A DNA stretch of 32,000 nt from contig NZ_JAGIOS010000002.1 of NCBI RefSeq assembly GCF_017876815.1, forward strand, positions 600,001 to 632,000. The letters run 5' to 3'. The number at the start of each line of letters is the position of its first letter. Position 1 is the stretch's first letter. The notes under the pieces are model-generated. The model was not told where the DNA came from. It ran no database searches and was given only the letters and a program-made list of their open reading frames with translations. Below, piece after piece: positions 7,897-16,806 of this stretch. The DNA is from Sinorhizobium meliloti (lineage in GTDB: Bacteria > Pseudomonadota > Alphaproteobacteria > Rhizobiales > Rhizobiaceae). The translations under genes and the position numbers were made by a program.

Positions 7897-8703
7897 TCAA
7901 AGGCAGCTGGTGATGCCACCGTCGACATAGAGTATGTGACCGGTGACGAAGCTCGATGCGGCCGATGCCAGGAACACGGCGGCCCCTGCCAGCTCGCCGG
8001 TATCGCCCCAGCGGCCAAGCGGCGTTCTCTGCTCGAGCCATGTCGAGAACTTCTCGTCCGAAACCAGCGCACTGTTCAGTTCCGTCTTGAAGTAGCCTGG
8101 CGCAAGCCCGTTGACGCGGATGCCGTATCGGCCCCAGTCGAGCGCCATGCCTTTGGTCAGCATTTTGAGCCCGCCTTTAGACGCGGCGTAGGGCGCAATC
8201 GACGGACGTGCGAGTTCGCTCTGGACCGAACAGATATTGATTATCGTCCCCTCGCGGCGTTCGATCATCCCCTGAACGACCGCCTGGCCGACAAGGAAAG
8301 CACTCGTCAAATTGGTTTCGATGACGCGCCTGAAGGCGTCTTCCGGGAATTCGTGAAGCGGCGTGCGGTGCTGTATTCCCGCATTGTTGACCAGAATGTC
8401 GATACGGCCTCGCTCGGTGAGAATATCGGCCACCGCTCGGCCGATCTCGGCCGACTTGGTGACGTCGAAGGCCGAGGTTCCCACGGTGAAGCCGTGCTCT
8501 TCGAGTTCCGCACGCGCACCGGCAAGGCGCGCCTCGTCGCGACCGTTGAGGATAACTGACGCCCCCGCCTCGCAAAGAGCGTGCGCCATGGTGAGGCCGA
8601 GCCCGCCGCTCGATCCGGTAATCAGGGCGACCCGGCCGCTCAGATCGAAAAGCGCGGGAAGACCGCTTGTCCGCGGCGCGGGGTTTGAGGCGCCATCCAT
8701 CAT
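7897..8703 (-). CDS. Short-chain dehydrogenase/reductase, gluconate 5-dehydrogenase (IdnO/Gno)-like
   Basis: The 3' 268 codons of the 411-aa ORF 7897..9132, starting at MMDG (ATG at 8703 or 8700). TGSSGGLG Rossmann motif, NNAG, catalytic S...YAASK, and an IdnO-like tail RTPLGRWGDTGELAGAAVFLASAASSFVTGHILYVDGG. Confidence 0.85.
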   Translation of the reverse strand: MMDGASNPAPRTSGLPALFDLSGRVALITGSSGGLGLTMAHALCEAGASVILNGRDEARLAGARAELEEHGFTVGTSAFDVTKSAEIGRAVADILTERGRIDILVNNAGIQHRTPLHEFPEDAFRRVIETNLTSAFLVGQAVVQGMIERREGTIINICSVQSELARPSIAPYAASKGGLKMLTKGMALDWGRYGIRVNGLAPGYFKTELNSALVSDEKFSTWLEQRTPLGRWGDTGELAGAAVFLASAASSFVTGHILYVDGGITSCL

Positions 8704-8833
8704 GTCTCGGGCTCCTTGGACCGGCGTGCCACTCGGCACGGCGGGCATGGCGGAGCTTTGGCTTCGCCACCCACCCGGAACATAAGAGAAAACAGGGCTG
8801 TGGTACAGTTCCTGACCGGCGGTCGAGGTGGGA

Positions 8834-9268
8834 TCAGCGTCCCATCCAGCCGCCGTCCACGGTGAGGATCGTGCCCGAGACGTAATCGGATGCCGCCGAG
8901 GCCAGAAAGACCGCCGGGCCGGCAAAGTCCTCGGGCCGGCCCCAGCGGCCCGCGGGATGCGCGCGAGAATGGATTCGGCGCGGCTCGGATCGTTGCGCAA
9001 GGCCTCGGTATTGTCGGTGGCGATGTAGCCCGGGGGCAATGGCATTGATCTGAATGTTCCGGGCTGCCCATTCGTGGCGAAAGCCTTGGCGAGCTGGCCG
9101 ACCCCGCCCTTCGAGGCCGCGTAGTCCGGCACGGTGATGTTCCCTGGAAGGTCAGGAGCGAGGCGGTGAAGATCACCTTCCCGCCCTTCCCGCGGGCGAT
9201 CATGCCGCGGCCCACTGCCTGGGTCAGCAGAACTGCGCCGTAAGATTGGTTTCGATCACCTCGTCCCA
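8834..9268 (-). pseudogene. KduD-like SDR (2-dehydro-3-deoxy-D-gluconate 5-dehydrogenase-like) pseudogene: N-terminally truncated with at least 4 frameshifts
   Basis: The SDR sequence can only be read by hopping frames: WDEVIETNLTA / VLLTQAVGRGMIARGKGGKVIFTASLLTFQG / NITVPDYAASKGGVGQLAKAFA / EWAARNIQINAIAP / GYIATDNTEALRNDPSRAESILARIP / RWGRPEDFAGPAVFLASAASDYVSGTILTVDGGWMGR*. The TGA is at 8834-8836. Single-nt indels sit near 9141-9146, 9068-9078, 9032-9036 and 8952-8956. The Rossmann N-terminus is absent. Confidence 0.8.
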
Positions 9269-9455
9269 CCAGGCCCGCATGGGTGCCGACGGCGACCCGA
9301 TGGCGGCGCTCGATGCGCGCATGCGCGTGCGGGTGATAGAGGGCTTGCGCGTGGCCGACATGTCGGCCGTCCCCGACATCAATGCCGGCAACACCAATGC
9401 TCCCGCCACGATGCTGGGCAACCGCTGCGCCGGTTTCATTCTGGGAACGGCGTAA
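9267..9455 (+). pseudogene. 3' fragment (~62 codons) of a GMC-family (choline dehydrogenase-like) oxidoreductase
   Basis: HQARMGADGDPMAALDARMRVRVIEGLRVADMSAVPDINAGNTNAPATMLGNRCAGFIL matches the conserved GMC C-terminal block (H..GT..MG ... LRV.D.S..P ... GNTNAP..M..E). Nothing corresponds to the ~480 upstream residues. It abuts the truncated SDR remnant. Confidence 0.75.
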
Positions 9456-9535
9456 GAACGCAGCGCCTCGTCACGCCTCTGAGCCGTTTTCAGGAGCGTC
9501 TCGAGCATTACGACAGGGTCGGCCAATGAGGGCGT

Positions 9536-10041
9536 TCATGTTCCCGGTGGATGCAATCGCGTGTCCAGCGCAAATGACTCTTGGAATTTGAGGGCATAGG
9601 CGGCCGGCGCGGCGCCCCCGAGAAAGACCAGGTTCCAGCTATGCGGCGAGACCGCGCTCGGGATTGCGACGAACCGATGGCGTCGAAGCAGATCATCCCC
9701 ATAGGCTTGCTGTCCCGCGCCGGGAATGCCCGGCCGTGCCCAGTTGGGATTAGGCACGCTTTTCGGATCGACGACATAGACATCGCCGGCGTCCGCGATG
9801 GCTGCGGCCGTCATTGTATGCGCCACCATGTCCAGCGCCCGAAAACCCTTATGAACCGCGACCTCAAGGATCGCCGTCGCAGGGTCGAGTGAGCAGTAGA
9901 CCGCACGACCCCCTTACTGTTCCAGCGGCCGCCCACTCGGTAGGCGCCTTCTCCGCTATCCCATGTCGGTGCGTGGACGGCTTGGTCGAGCCGCCAAGCC
10001 ACCAACTCGGTCCCGCCGAGCGCAACCGGCAGAAGGGTCAT
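9536..10041 (-). pseudogene. RES-domain toxin (RES/Xre type II TA family), disrupted by a -1 frameshift in a G5 run
   Basis: ORFs 9811..10041 (MTLLPVALGGTELVAWRLDQ...YRVGGRWNSKG) and 9536..9829 are two frames of one RES protein. Shifting frame at the C5 run 9889-9893 (G5 on the coding strand) restores ...RWNSKGGRAVYCSLDPATAILEVAVHKGFRALDMVAHTMTAAAIADAG.... The ATG overlaps the antitoxin stop (ATGA at 10038-10041). Confidence 0.75.
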
Positions 10042-10523
10042 GCATAGATGCCGTATTCGAGGCGGTCGAGATGATCCTCGACCAGCTCGACGCCGGGCGG
10101 CGTCCCGAGAAGATCAATCGGGCGGCGTTGGTCTAGTCCGACCGCCGGACGCTCCAGCCATTGTTCGGCTTCCGCCTGCGATCCAAAAATATCCGTCGCC
10201 TTTGCGAGTATTTCCGCAAACTTCCACGCGCGACCACTCTGCTCCTGGCTAAGCGGCTTGTTGGGTGTCTCCTTGCGCCGCTGCCACGTGCGCAAACTCA
10301 TACCTACTGCCTTTTCGAGCGACTCGGTCTTGCCGATGAAGACGAGATTCCCGACAAGGTGATCCAGTGCCGATGCCGGCAGACCACGCAAGAGAAGCTC
10401 GTGCGCGTCGAGCGCATTGGTCAGGTGATGCGCCAGAACACGCGAACCGCCGAGTAAGGTCTCGATTTTTTGCAGCTCACCACCGCCTGCCGCTGGTGTC
10501 GGTGCTTTTGCCGCGAGAGCCAT
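10038..10523 (-). CDS. Xre-like antitoxin with DUF2384 C-terminal domain (partner of RES toxins; MbcA/ParS-like)
   Basis: 161 aa. RBS aggagaaaaatt precedes the ATG. The C-terminus AEQWLERPAVGLDQRRPIDLLGTPPGVELVEDHLDRLEYGIYA is the typical DUF2384 signature. It sits immediately upstream of, and overlaps, the RES gene. Confidence 0.85.
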   Translation of the reverse strand: MALAAKAPTPAAGGGELQKIETLLGGSRVLAHHLTNALDAHELLLRGLPASALDHLVGNLVFIGKTESLEKAVGMSLRTWQRRKETPNKPLSQEQSGRAWKFAEILAKATDIFGSQAEAEQWLERPAVGLDQRRPIDLLGTPPGVELVEDHLDRLEYGIYA

Positions 10524-10625
10524 AATTTTTCTCCTACGTCATCTGTCGCTCAAAATATGCACACCTGTCGCGACCGGTTTCAAGGGTTTCGGAGGACAGG
10601 CGGCTTTTTTGCCTATCTGCGAGCC

Positions 10626-12320
10626 TCAGTCCCTGTGTCTGTCGTCGCCGAGGAAGGTCCTGGCGATTTCGGAAACGAGCTCCGGGAGGACCCTGAACGC
10701 GTAGGGTTCATGGACGCGCTCGAACTTCTGGTGGAACTCCCGTCCCCAAGGTCCGAGATTGACGGTCGGAAAACGCAGCGCGTTTTCGGATGGCCGATCG
10801 ACCAGACGTGAGATCGGGGTGTTGTCCGAAACGACCTGGCTGCCGCTGGCGGCAAGCCCGAGGAAACTCATGTCGGAGATTCCGTAAAAATGCGGCTTCC
10901 AGATGAGGCTTCGCGCGGGATCGTTGCCAAGACCGGCACGCGCCTTCTCGATCGCCTGATGAAGGGAGCGGTCGTTTCCTTCCGCCAGGCGCAGATGGCT
11001 GGGCGGATAATGCAATCCCGAGAAGCCGATGACGATGGCGGGGCCGGAAAGGCGCGCGATACCGACGAGCCACTCAGTAAGTTGCCGCGTAGCGACGAGC
11101 GGGTTGTCGCTCTGGGCGAATTCCCTTTCCTTCTCGGCATAGAATGCGTCGAAGCCGTGCCCGAAAACGCGTGCAGCCGCCGCCCGCAATTCCTGGAACG
11201 ACAGAAGGCGCGGCTTGGCTGGTAGGCCGCCCGCACTTCTGCCGACGAGCTTGCCGTATTCCGCCGACTGTGCCGCAAACGTCTCGATGGCCTCGTTCGC
11301 GCCGGTCAGCACCTCCTCTCGGAAGCGCTCAAAGAGTGCGTCCGCCGTCATCGAATGGTAGAGCCAGTTGAAAGCTATCCAGAAGCGCTCCGGCGTCGTC
11401 ACTTCGTAACCGTCGCGCAGATCCTTCGCCTCGAGGCAGATCGGCGGCGGCGAGATGTCGTTGTCGTCGCGATCCGCCAGGGAAGCATTCCCTTCCAGGC
11501 GTGCCAGGATCCCGGCCGCCATGGCCTGTGCGCTCACCCCTTCGAAGGGGTAGCTCGCATGAGAGCTGCAGCCGATCACCAGGGCAAAGGGTAGGAGCTT
11601 GCCGATCGTGCCGGCGTAAACGGCCCGCCCTTCGCTGCCGTCGCCCTGATCCGAGGTCACGTCGAGGTTGATGCCCCCGGCTATTTCGATGTCGAAATCC
11701 CTGACCAAGCCGGGCAACGCGTCCCGGAGCGATCGCATTCCCCGGCTTTCCCGTTCCTCGTCGGGGGTGGCGACCAGCATGAGATTGCCCTGTCGGTCCG
11801 TGTCGGCCGCGAATTGTTCGAGACAGGCTATGGCCACGGCGAGTCCGCTCTTCATGTCGAGCAGGCCGCGGCCGGGGAGGAAGTCGCCACTCGCCAGGTC
11901 CTGCAGGGCCCGCTCTTCCTGTTCGGATCGGCCGGTTCGCGCCGACAGGCTTTCGATGAGTGCATCCTTGAGCGCCAGGCTGTCGCATGCCAGCGCCTTG
12001 AGCTCGTGATAGTTGTCGGTCGACACGGTGTCGAAGTGGCCGGCCATGACCAGTGTTCGCTTGCCCGTGCCGCGAACGAGCGCAACGACATTGCGGGTCA
12101 GCGGTTCGCCGTGACTTGCAAGGAGGCCCAGGTCCTGCGGATGCTCCCGAAAATAGGGGAGTTCGCCGAGAAGCCCATGGAGGCGATCCGCGAAGGATGC
12201 TTCGCCCGGCGTGCCGGTTTCACTGGGCCAGGACGTCATGCGCAGAGCGAATTGCCGGACGCGCTCGCTGTCGATCCGGCTTCCAGCGCGAGAGACAGTC
12301 TCTTCTTGTGCATTCGTCAT
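10626..12320 (-). CDS. M20-family metallohydrolase, RocB (arginine utilisation protein)-like
   Basis: 564 aa, the size typical of RocB. M20 metal/catalytic motifs: VMAGHFDTV, GRGLLDMKSGLAV, LVATPDEERESRG. Confidence 0.75.
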   Translation of the reverse strand: MTNAQEETVSRAGSRIDSERVRQFALRMTSWPSETGTPGEASFADRLHGLLGELPYFREHPQDLGLLASHGEPLTRNVVALVRGTGKRTLVMAGHFDTVSTDNYHELKALACDSLALKDALIESLSARTGRSEQEERALQDLASGDFLPGRGLLDMKSGLAVAIACLEQFAADTDRQGNLMLVATPDEERESRGMRSLRDALPGLVRDFDIEIAGGINLDVTSDQGDGSEGRAVYAGTIGKLLPFALVIGCSSHASYPFEGVSAQAMAAGILARLEGNASLADRDDNDISPPPICLEAKDLRDGYEVTTPERFWIAFNWLYHSMTADALFERFREEVLTGANEAIETFAAQSAEYGKLVGRSAGGLPAKPRLLSFQELRAAAARVFGHGFDAFYAEKEREFAQSDNPLVATRQLTEWLVGIARLSGPAIVIGFSGLHYPPSHLRLAEGNDRSLHQAIEKARAGLGNDPARSLIWKPHFYGISDMSFLGLAASGSQVVSDNTPISRLVDRPSENALRFPTVNLGPWGREFHQKFERVHEPYAFRVLPELVSEIARTFLGDDRHRD

Positions 12321-12470
12321 CGCAATTCTCCGTCTTCAGTTCGACAGGTGCTTTCGAAGGAACCCACGCGTTCGTCTTCACCAACGGTGTGTGGGCCATG
12401 ATTGCGTCGGAACTGAACGAGCTGATCTCGACGATACGGGTAACTGACGGTGTCTCGAAAAGCGAGACGT

Positions 12471-14123
12471 TTATGATGCGGGGACGCGCTTGATCGGAAG
12501 GGTGTGGTCACCCGACGGCTTGGCCGCCACGCCGGCGCGGCCTTTTTCAGCACGCGCTTTTGCATATCGCGAGAGGCCGATCTTGATGCCGACCAGCACG
12601 GGGGCGGCGATGACGAAGAGGAGGCCGATCGCGTTGAATGCGGTGTCGAAGGCGATCACGGTGGACTGACCTGCCACGGCCCGGCCGAGAAGACTGGCCG
12701 CCCCGCGGCTCGCGGCAGCCGCGTCCATCCCTTTTGCCGTTAGCAGGGCAGCGGTGGTCGTCAGCCGATCGGCGACGGCGGGAGCTCCTGCGGTGACGTT
12801 GGCGCCGAGGACCGCGAGATTGTCGGAGACGTTGTGCTCGATCAGGGTCTGGAGTGCGCTGACCCCTATGAGACCGCCGAGCTGGCGGCCCGTATTGAAG
12901 AGACCGATACCGGAGGCGAGATTTCGGCTGTTGAGATTGCTGAAGGCGATCAGGGTGATCGACAGGAACAGGAAGCCAAGGCCGGCGCCGCGCAAAAGGA
13001 TCGCTGCCATCATGTCGCCCGCACCGCTTTCGCTGGTCGACCCGGACAGCATCCACATCGCCGCCATGATCATCAGGATGCCGAAGGGCACGGTGGCGAC
13101 CGGAGGAACACGGCGGAGCTGCATGAGAAAGGCGGCGATGAGGAGCGCGCCGATGAAAAGTGCCCCGCTCGGCAGCAGGAGCTGCCCGGCGTCTGTCGGC
13201 GTGAAGGCAAGGACGGACACGGCAAAGGACGGGATCAGGAACGCGCTCCCGAACAATGCGGCGCCGGCGACGAAACTGACGATGAAGGCGAAGCAGAAAT
13301 CCTCCGTTTCGAACAGGGTGAAGTCGAACAGGCCCTGTCCTTTGGCGAGCACCTGCTGACCGAGAAAGGCCAGAAGCGTGGCTGTACCGATCACTGCCAG
13401 CCACAGGATTCGCGGCTCCTCGAACCAGTCCCACCGGCTGCCCTGGCTGAAGACGTAGGTGAAGCAGAAAAGCGCAATGGAAATCAGGGAGAAGCCGATC
13501 CAGTCAAACGGCCGCCGCGCGGCTCGTGCGGGCATCGGGGCATCCGCGATCAGCAGAAGCCCGGCAGCCACCAGCGCCAGCGGAACGATGCTGAAGAAGA
13601 TCCATGTCCAGGACTGGCTATCGAGCAACCAGCCCTGAAGCGCCGGGGCAATCGTCGCGGGAGCGACGACGGACCCCATCGCGAACAGGGCCTGGAGGAT
13701 CGGCTGACGGGACCGCGGAAAGGCGAGAAAGATGATCGCCTGGCCGCCGACGAGCAGGGTGCCGCCGCAAAAGCCCTGAATCATTCGAAGAGCGACGAGG
13801 AGGTCCAGCCGGGCCGTTATGGCGGCAATGCCGCATGCCATGCCCATGGTCAGGGTCGAGCCGACGATCAGGCTGCGCGGATCGAAGCGGCTCATCAGCC
13901 AGGAGGCGGCCATGAACCCGATAAGCTTGAAAGCGGTGTAGCCGACATCCAACCAGGCGAACTCGTCGGGCGTCGCATATGTGTCGCCGATGATATCGCC
14001 GCGCCCGAGCGAGAGCACGGTGCTGGCGATCGCCTCGGTCAGCGTCGCAAGCACTATGCCGGCGACGAGAAGGCCCCCTGCCATGGATATGTCGCGGCCC
14101 GGCGTGACGGTGGGGATGGTCAT
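12471..14123 (-). CDS. MFS transporter, DHA2 (14-TMS, EmrB/FarB-like) efflux permease
   Basis: 550 aa, highly hydrophobic with ~14 predicted helices. MFS motif region LVALRMIQGFCGG. Its ATG overlaps the stop of the upstream HlyD gene (ATGA at 14120-14123). Confidence 0.85.
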   Translation of the reverse strand: MTIPTVTPGRDISMAGGLLVAGIVLATLTEAIASTVLSLGRGDIIGDTYATPDEFAWLDVGYTAFKLIGFMAASWLMSRFDPRSLIVGSTLTMGMACGIAAITARLDLLVALRMIQGFCGGTLLVGGQAIIFLAFPRSRQPILQALFAMGSVVAPATIAPALQGWLLDSQSWTWIFFSIVPLALVAAGLLLIADAPMPARAARRPFDWIGFSLISIALFCFTYVFSQGSRWDWFEEPRILWLAVIGTATLLAFLGQQVLAKGQGLFDFTLFETEDFCFAFIVSFVAGAALFGSAFLIPSFAVSVLAFTPTDAGQLLLPSGALFIGALLIAAFLMQLRRVPPVATVPFGILMIMAAMWMLSGSTSESGAGDMMAAILLRGAGLGFLFLSITLIAFSNLNSRNLASGIGLFNTGRQLGGLIGVSALQTLIEHNVSDNLAVLGANVTAGAPAVADRLTTTAALLTAKGMDAAAASRGAASLLGRAVAGQSTVIAFDTAFNAIGLLFVIAAPVLVGIKIGLSRYAKARAEKGRAGVAAKPSGDHTLPIKRVPAS

Positions 14124-15217
14124 GAACCGCTCTCCAGATCGATCTCGACACGCGCTGACAGGCCCGGCAGGAGGCGGCCCGACAGCGGATTGCCGGCGAA
14201 CCGGATCTTCACCGGAACGCGCTGGACGACGCGGACGAAGTTGCCCGTGGCGTTGTCTGCGGGCAGCAGGCTGAAGGCAGAGCCGCTGCCGGGTGAAAAA
14301 CTGTCCACCACGCCTTCAAGCGCTCCCCTCGGGTAACCATCGATGGTGATGCTGGCGCGCTGACCGGGCCGGATATGTTCGAGCTGGGTTTCCTTGAAAT
14401 TCGCGACGATCCATACATTGTCGAGCGGAACGATATCGAGCAGGGAAGCGCCCGGCGCAACGAGCCGGCCGACGCGCACCTGCCGGTTGCCGATGACGCC
14501 GCCGACGGGGGCGCGCACCACGGTGCTCTCCAGATCAATCCCGGCGAGGTCGCGCGCGGCCTCCGCCTGTGCCACCGCAGCGACGGCGGCTTCGCGCTGC
14601 GCGGCAAGCACGGCGATGCGCTGCTGCTGCGCCTCCACCGTTGCGGAAGCCGCCAACACGTTCGCCTCGGCCCTCGATTTCGCCGCGTCGCTTTCGTCGA
14701 CATGGGCCTGGCTGATCGTGTTGCTGCGGATAAGCTCGCGGCGGCGGTCAGAGGCCTTGGCCGCCAGGTTCAACTCGGCCACGACCGAACGTCGCTGCGC
14801 TTCGGCCTGGCGGATCAGGGCATGCTGAAGCGCCATCTCCGCATCGACGTTGGTCAGCCGTGCCTCTGCCGCTTCGACATTGGCCACCGCTTGCGCAAGC
14901 TTTGCGCGGTAGTCCCGATCGTCGATCCGGAAGAGCACGTCGCCCGCCCGTACCGCTTGGTTGTCCTCGACTTCGATAGCCGTGACGTAGCCTGCGACCT
15001 TTGGGGCAAGCGAGGTAACATCCCCGCGGACATAGGCGTTGTCGGTCGACGCCGCTCCGCTCTCGCGGGCCCAGGTCCACCCGGCAACGACGACGACGAC
15101 CGCCCCCAGGCACAGCGCCAGGCCGATCATCTTTTTCCTGTTGGGTCGCGCCACGGCGACACCGTTCCCGGACCTTGCGCCGGTGATGATGGCGACCTTC
15201 TCCTCCAGCGATTCCAT
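14120..15217 (-). CDS. HlyD-family membrane fusion/secretion protein, EmrA-like
   Basis: I chose the ATG at 15217 (RBS aggaattgagaag). It is followed by a single N-terminal TM (KKMIGLALCLGAVVVVVAGW), DNAYVRGDVTSLAPKVAGYV, a long coiled coil and a beta-barrel C-terminus. The longer GTG start at 15307 adds an Arg-rich, rare-codon segment and was rejected. Confidence 0.85.
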   Translation of the reverse strand: MESLEEKVAIITGARSGNGVAVARPNRKKMIGLALCLGAVVVVVAGWTWARESGAASTDNAYVRGDVTSLAPKVAGYVTAIEVEDNQAVRAGDVLFRIDDRDYRAKLAQAVANVEAAEARLTNVDAEMALQHALIRQAEAQRRSVVAELNLAAKASDRRRELIRSNTISQAHVDESDAAKSRAEANVLAASATVEAQQQRIAVLAAQREAAVAAVAQAEAARDLAGIDLESTVVRAPVGGVIGNRQVRVGRLVAPGASLLDIVPLDNVWIVANFKETQLEHIRPGQRASITIDGYPRGALEGVVDSFSPGSGSAFSLLPADNATGNFVRVVQRVPVKIRFAGNPLSGRLLPGLSARVEIDLESGS

Positions 15218-15303
15218 CTTCTCAATTCCTGTTGGGCGTCGATTGCCGCAGCCCTGCCGCAGGGATCTGCGCCAGGGCTGCCGCGCTGATGAGCGTCTAG
15301 CCG

Positions 15304-15717
15304 TCACTCCCCGACCGGCGTGGTCAGTTCCGTTTCGTCAGTGTCCAGAACGAACACCGCCAGCAGCCGTGCAGGTTCCGTGTCGCTGGCGTTCGCACTT
15401 ACTTCATGTTGCGAGCCTGGATCTTCGTAGAAGTTTTCGCCGACCTGATAGACCTTTTCCGGGGAGCCGTTGACGCTGCTGCGGATCGCGCCTTCGAGCA
15501 CCGTCGCATAAATGAAGGCAGACTTCGGATGCGTGTGGGCGGGCGAACCGCCGCCGGGTCCGTATTCGACAAGGACGCCCCTCATGCTTTTGCCGGGCAC
15601 GTTCGGAAGGGCGTGGTCGAATACGACGGTCACCTTGCCGGCAGGCCGGTCGCCGGCCGAGGCTGCAGTGAACGAGAGTGCTGCAAGAGCAACGGCCGAG
15701 AGGAATCGCGTGAACAT
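15304..15717 (-). CDS. Secreted cupin-domain protein
   Basis: 137 aa. RBS aaggagaactgaa. Signal peptide MFTRFLSAVALAALSFTAASA. Cupin motif GGGSPAHTHPKSAFIYATVLEGAI. Confidence 0.75.
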   Translation of the reverse strand: MFTRFLSAVALAALSFTAASAGDRPAGKVTVVFDHALPNVPGKSMRGVLVEYGPGGGSPAHTHPKSAFIYATVLEGAIRSSVNGSPEKVYQVGENFYEDPGSQHEVSANASDTEPARLLAVFVLDTDETELTTPVGE

Positions 15718-15793
15718 TTCAGTTCTCCTTTGAGAGTGCTTTGGTGTGGCGCGGCCCGGTGCCGGGTCGCCTTTTCGATTGTTCGCGGGAGCC

Positions 15794-16546
15794 TCAGCCC
15801 GCGGCTTGCCGGCCGAGCCAGTCCTCGAAGCGGATCGCGCCGAGGCGCGGGTTCTTGCCGGGGGTCAGCGATTGATCGTCAAGCACGGCGCCGAAGTAGC
15901 GCGCGTGGACATCGGGCAGGACCTTGCGCGGGTCCTCAGTCGACCGCAGGAAGCGCCTGACCAGTTCATCGAGCGGTATCGCCTCGGGACCGGCGACCTC
16001 GAGCGTGCCGTTGACCGGCGGTGCGACCGCGACCTCGGCGAGCGCCGCCGCCACGTCGTCGGAGGCGATCGGCTGGATCAGCGCCGGCGACAGGCGGATC
16101 TCGTCGCCGACGGCCGCCGCCTGGGCAATGCCGCCGACGAACTCGAAGAATTGCGTGGCACGCAGGATGGTGTAGGGAATGCCGGATGCCTTGATGAGGT
16201 TTTCCTGCGCGACCTTCGCACGGAAATACCCGTTGCCGGGAAGACGTTCGCTGCCGACGATCGACAGGGCCACGTGGTGGCGGACGCCGGCGGCAGCTTC
16301 AGCAGCCAGCAGGTTGCGGCCCGACGTCTCGAAGAAATCGAGAACGGCCTTGTCCTCCCACACCGGCGCGTTCGCCACGTCGACGACGACATCCGCGCCG
16401 TCCAGCGCCCCCGCGAGGCCCTCGCGGGTGATGGTGTTCACGCCCGTATTGGGGGCGGCTGCGAGCACATCGTGGCCGCGCTCGCGAAGGTTCTGCACAA
16501 GTTTCGATCCGATGAGGCCGGTGCCTCCGATAACGACGATCTTCAT
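15794..16546 (-). CDS. NAD(P)H-binding NmrA-like / atypical SDR oxidoreductase
   Basis: MKIVVIGGTGLIGSKLVQNLRERGHDV Rossmann N-terminus. 250 aa. No classical SDR YxxxK motif, as in the NmrA/atypical SDR group. Confidence 0.8.
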   Translation of the reverse strand: MKIVVIGGTGLIGSKLVQNLRERGHDVLAAAPNTGVNTITREGLAGALDGADVVVDVANAPVWEDKAVLDFFETSGRNLLAAEAAAGVRHHVALSIVGSERLPGNGYFRAKVAQENLIKASGIPYTILRATQFFEFVGGIAQAAAVGDEIRLSPALIQPIASDDVAAALAEVAVAPPVNGTLEVAGPEAIPLDELVRRFLRSTEDPRKVLPDVHARYFGAVLDDQSLTPGKNPRLGAIRFEDWLGRQAAG

Positions 16547-16806
16547 CGCTTGTCTCCGCTTCTCTCGACTGCAACCATTGCCGTCGGTCTGAACGGAGAG
16601 TGCCTGCGCGCGTCAGGGAAGTCCCTGTGGCGGGCTTGAATTGCCCTTCAAGGAAGCTTGGAATTCCGTCCAAAGGAGCGGTTGTTCGACCGGCATGCCT
16701 TGCTGCCGGCGGTGCAGCCAGTTACGCGATGCCGTGCTATCAGATATTATTCGCCAGTTGCCCGGATAGCGAGCGCGGCCGGCCAGGGGATGCCGAAGTG
16801 CGATTC

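Noticed and set aside
7897-9132. 411-aa ORF read as one large protein
   Set aside because: It is a chance in-frame fusion of an intact 268-aa SDR with out-of-frame segments of the upstream decayed KduD-like SDR. The N-terminal 143 residues contain only fragments of SDR sequence interrupted by nonsense-looking stretches.
9889-9893. Programmed frameshifting or phase variation at the RES toxin G5 run
   Set aside because: A 5-nt homopolymer is short for phase variation, and there is no slippery heptamer or downstream structure. Simple mutational inactivation or a sequencing error is more parsimonious. It is kept only as a caveat in the TA finding.
15218-15307. Longer GTG start (15307) for the HlyD/EmrA gene, giving a GTGA overlap with the cupin stop
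   Set aside because: The extra 30 codons are Arg-rich with rare codons (aga, cga, aca, att). An ATG with an aggaa RBS at 15217 starts a typical short cytoplasmic tail plus TM anchor. The coupling alternative cannot be fully excluded.
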